A stretch of DNA of 32,000 nucleotides from Prevotella phage Lak-C1. The notes beneath the pieces are model-generated. The model was not told the DNA's origin and made no database searches. It worked only from the letters and a program-made list of their open reading frames with translations. The stretch lies in the sequence record MK250029.1; one strand, 5' to 3'. This document shows positions 28,883 through 32,000 of this stretch, one piece after another; the first letter of the stretch is position 1; each line of letters opens with the position of its first letter. The position numbers and the translations under genes are program-made.

Positions 28883-30952
28883 ATGAAGAATTTTATTTTG
28901 TGCTTGCTCATTTCATTGGTGAGCGTTTTTAATTCTTATGCAGACACTGTAAATGATACATTGACTGCATTGAAGTTGAAGGAAGTTACTGTAACTTCTT
29001 TGTATCGAAATAATGTACAGACTGGTAGTATGATTAATACATCTACTATTAAGATGATGAATCATGGTCAGGGTACAGATTATGTACTTTCTACATTGCC
29101 TAATATTTATGCATATAATGACAATGGTACGCAAATGGGTTATTGTTATTTCCGTATGCGTGGTATGGGTCAGGAACGTATGAATGTTACATTGGATGGA
29201 ATGCCATGGAATGAAGCTGAAGATTTCGGATGTTATTTCAGTAATTCTCCTGATCTTATGTCTAGTTTGCATTCTATTAAGGTAGAAAAGGGTGCATCAG
29301 TAACTAATAACGGTACAGCTGCATATGCAGGTAATGTTTCTTTGGAATCTGTTGATTTGAAGAAAGATACAGATTCATGGTTTGATATTGGTTATGGTTC
29401 ATTTAATTCATCACGTGTAAGTGGTGTTTATAATATGGGTTTGAAGAACCATTGGGGATTGCATGTTCGTGCAACATCACAGCAAACTGATGGTTATAAG
29501 GAAAATACATATAATAATTCAAAGTCAATTACACTTAAGACTGGTTATTTCTTTAATGATAAGCATTCGCTTGATTTCTTGACAATGACAGGTTATCATC
29601 GTAATGGTCAAGGTTTTATGGGTCTTACAGAAGATATGATTCCTAAGCATCCTACGCCATTTAAGCAAATGAAGTCTGGTAATCGTCAGCAGGAAACAGA
29701 TGATTTCTTGACAACTTATAATAGATTTCAATACAAGGGAATTCTATCAGATAAGGTATTCTTGTCATCATCATTGTATTGGCAACATCAGACTGGTAAT
29801 TATCGTATTGGATGGGATGATCCTTCACGACCTACTGGAAGTGTATTGAATAATTATCATCTTAATTATAATCTTACAGGATTTAACACAGTAATTAAGT
29901 ATTATCCAGCTAATAATCTTTCACTTACAACTGGAGTAAATGCATATGTTTATCATAGACGTCATAAGGGATATGATATTGCAAACTCTGATAGTATTAT
30001 TACAGCATGGAAGAATCCAGGACTTACTCCTTATTATGATAATGCAGGAACAAAACCAGATGTAAATGTATTTGCAAATGTAAAGTATCAACCAATTAAT
30101 AAGTTTACTATTGATGCTGCACTTCAATATCGTTATACATCACTTCATTATCGTGTAAATACACCAGCTATTGGTATTAATGGTGATTCTGATTTTAATC
30201 ATGACTGGAATTTTATGAATTACAGTTTTGGACTTACATATGATATTGATAAGTATTCAAAGGTATATGCACGTTATGCAGTCACAAACCGTGAGCCTTC
30301 CAGAACTGATATGTTCGGAGGTGAATATCGTACAGATGAATCTGAAATGAATACAAAGTCAGAGCGCGTACATGATGTTGAACTTGGTTATGAAATTCGT
30401 AATAATAAGATTAATTTCAATATTAACGGTTTTTATATGAATTTCAGTAATGAACTTGTTGCAACAGGTGAACTTTCATCAATGAATGGTCTTCCTCTCC
30501 ATAAGCAGCATGATTCATATCGACTTGGTTTGGAACTTGCGATGGATTATAATCCTGTTAATACATTGCATCTTATTGCAAATGCTTCATGGTCAGAGAA
30601 TAAGTTGAAGAACATTAATGGAAAGGAAATGAATCATACATTCTCACCATCATCTACATTGTTTGCTGAAGCAAATTATACAGTTAATAAGATTAAGTTC
30701 GGTGTAAATACGAATTTCCGTTCATCTATGTATATGGATATTTATAATAATCATCAGCTTAAGGAAAACCTTACACTTAATGCATATGTTAATGCACGAG
30801 TATCGAAGATTGTAGAACTTAGTTTGAATCTTAATAATATTACGAATCGTTTGAATTTCTCTAATGGATCAGTTGATATTCCATCAGATACAGCATATTA
30901 TTTGGTTGATTCACCATTTAATATGTTTGCAACAGCTAAGTTTCACTTTTAA
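28883..30952 (+). CDS. TonB-dependent outer-membrane receptor (689 aa)
   Basis: Signal peptide MKNFILCLLISLVSVFNSYA; plug LKEVTVTSLYRNN...TDYVLSTLPNIYAY...YFRMRGMGQERMNVTLDGMPWNE...SIKVEKGASVTNNGTAAYAGNVSLES; alternating beta-barrel strands ending FNMFATAKFHF (C-terminal Phe). Confidence 0.93.
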   Translation: MKNFILCLLISLVSVFNSYADTVNDTLTALKLKEVTVTSLYRNNVQTGSMINTSTIKMMNHGQGTDYVLSTLPNIYAYNDNGTQMGYCYFRMRGMGQERMNVTLDGMPWNEAEDFGCYFSNSPDLMSSLHSIKVEKGASVTNNGTAAYAGNVSLESVDLKKDTDSWFDIGYGSFNSSRVSGVYNMGLKNHWGLHVRATSQQTDGYKENTYNNSKSITLKTGYFFNDKHSLDFLTMTGYHRNGQGFMGLTEDMIPKHPTPFKQMKSGNRQQETDDFLTTYNRFQYKGILSDKVFLSSSLYWQHQTGNYRIGWDDPSRPTGSVLNNYHLNYNLTGFNTVIKYYPANNLSLTTGVNAYVYHRRHKGYDIANSDSIITAWKNPGLTPYYDNAGTKPDVNVFANVKYQPINKFTIDAALQYRYTSLHYRVNTPAIGINGDSDFNHDWNFMNYSFGLTYDIDKYSKVYARYAVTNREPSRTDMFGGEYRTDESEMNTKSERVHDVELGYEIRNNKINFNINGFYMNFSNELVATGELSSMNGLPLHKQHDSYRLGLELAMDYNPVNTLHLIANASWSENKLKNINGKEMNHTFSPSSTLFAEANYTVNKIKFGVNTNFRSSMYMDIYNNHQLKENLTLNAYVNARVSKIVELSLNLNNITNRLNFSNGSVDIPSDTAYYLVDSPFNMFATAKFHF

Positions 30953-30957
30953 ATAAA

Positions 30958-30996
30958 AATGGGTGATTAAATATTCCTGATATTTAATCACCCATT
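30958..30996. terminator. Strong hairpin after TonB receptor (possible terminator)
   Basis: AATGGGTGATTAAATAT / ATATTTAATCACCCATT perfect 17-bp stem with 5-nt loop TCCTG. No clean T-tract follows. Confidence 0.6.
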
Positions 30997-31059
30997 AATT
31001 ATTTCATATTTATCAATAATTATAAATTAATTATAAATAAGATAATGAAAATATAAAGA

Positions 31060-32000
31060 ATGATTTATTTAGAAAAAATGAGTAAATGGAAATTAAATGA
31101 AAATAGTATAAACGAATTTTTATGGACATGTGCAGGTGTTAATAAGAATATATTAAGATTATATCCGAGTGAATATGCAAAATATGCAGGTAGTGGAGGA
31201 ACTATTTTATTTACTGCTATGATGGCATTTATATCAGGTAGTTATGCAATGTTTTTTGTATTCAGTAATGCTATATTATCACTGATCTTTGGTATATTCT
31301 GGGCATTACTTATATTTAACCTTGACAGATTTATTGTTAATTCAATGCATACTGACGGTAAAGACACATTAAGTTGGAAAAAGATTCAAACTGCAATGCC
31401 ACGTATAATTATGGCTATATTTTTAGGTATTGTTATTTCAACACCACTTGAAATGAAGATATTTAATGATAGAATAGAATCATAGTTACTAAAAGATAAT
31501 ATAGAACGAATAAATTCAGCAAAGAATGAATCATCAGATTATAAGACAATATCATTATTACAAGCAGAATAGAACCAATTGACAAAAGATCGAAAACAAC
31601 TGGTAGATGATTTACAGAAAGCATAGAAAGAACTGAAAGAAGAGGCAGAAGGAAATGCATTATCCGGTATTGCTGGGCATGGGACTATATATAGAGATAA
31701 AGAAACATATGTTAATCAATGTAAACAATCATTATAGGAATGGGATCTTCTTCATAAAGAACGGTTGACAACTGTATAGAAACGTATTGATGAAGTTAAT
31801 AAGCATATTGAAAAATTTGAAGGTAAAATAGATGGTTTAAGAGAAGATGGTTTCAGTGCAAGGTATGAAGCTTTTTCAAATCTTAAAGAAGCAAATAATT
31901 CATTAGCGATGGTATCATTCATGATAACAATGTTATTCATTATTATAGAAGTTACACCTACATTTTTTAAACTTATTATGACATCAGGACCATATGAAGA
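31060..32000 (+). CDS. TAG-recoded DUF4407-like membrane protein, truncated by window end
   Basis: FLWTCAGVNKNILRLYPSEYAKYAGSGGTILFTAMMAFISGSYAMFFVF...WALLIFNLDRFIVNS...MPRIIMAIFLGIVISTPLEMKIFNDRIES(TAG)QLLKDNIERINSA..., continuing through five TAGs to a last TM segment AMVSFMITMLFIIIEVTPTFFKLI. Confidence 0.85.

Noticed and set aside
28913-30127. Minus-strand ORFs inside the TonB receptor (28913-29272, 29525-29731, 29921-30127)
   Set aside because: Antisense shadow ORFs with implausible low-complexity composition.
31463-31940. Minus-strand ORFs 31463-31660 and 31752-31940
   Set aside because: Antisense to the recoded DUF4407-like gene.
1-32000. tRNA genes, especially an amber suppressor tRNA, rRNA, or CRISPR arrays
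   Set aside because: No convincing T-loop/acceptor combination or regularly spaced repeats were found by eye. A suppressor tRNA probably lies elsewhere. tRNAscan-SE or ARAGORN on the full genome is needed.

Overview
This 32-kb, AT-rich window looks like part of a large phage genome that infects Bacteroidota (Prevotella/Bacteroides-like). The strongest observation is that TAG is reassigned to a sense codon, most likely Gln (genetic code 15). The supplied standard-code ORF track breaks many real genes. Reading through TAG and stopping only at TAA/TGA restores single reading frames of 318, 115, 486, 252, 462, 388, 1088 and 345 aa, plus a DUF4407-like protein running off the right edge. Recognisable products: RlaP-like nucleotidyltransferase (edge), ABC/RecF-like ATPase, type II topoisomerase ATPase/TOPRIM subunit and its breakage-reunion subunit, FolD, a caspase-fold-like protein with GHG and CWCHAS motifs, a radical SAM enzyme, a Hef/Vsr-like homing endonuclease, a FISUMP-domain protein, a ~1,088-aa adhesin with InlB B/Listeria-Bacteroides-like repeats, a complete TonB-dependent outer-membrane receptor, three consecutive signal-peptide-bearing proteins, and a DUF4407-like membrane protein. 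The best candidates for undescribed biology are: (1) a TAG-recoded TnpB/Cas12-like RuvC nuclease that has lost the usual zinc-ribbon cysteines (14193-15581, -); (2) a six-copy phage promoter, AAATAAAAAAAT-N13-CAAAGATA on the opposite strand, with the 13-nt spacing kept in every copy, positioned upstream of both envelope modules, folD and the caspase-like gene; (3) a shared N-terminal 'LFDDD' tag on four otherwise unrelated proteins; (4) phage-encoded envelope remodelling (secreted trio plus TonB receptor); (5) a radical SAM enzyme paired with a protein that has a Gly/Cys-rich tail. All translations were made by eye. No database searches were run.
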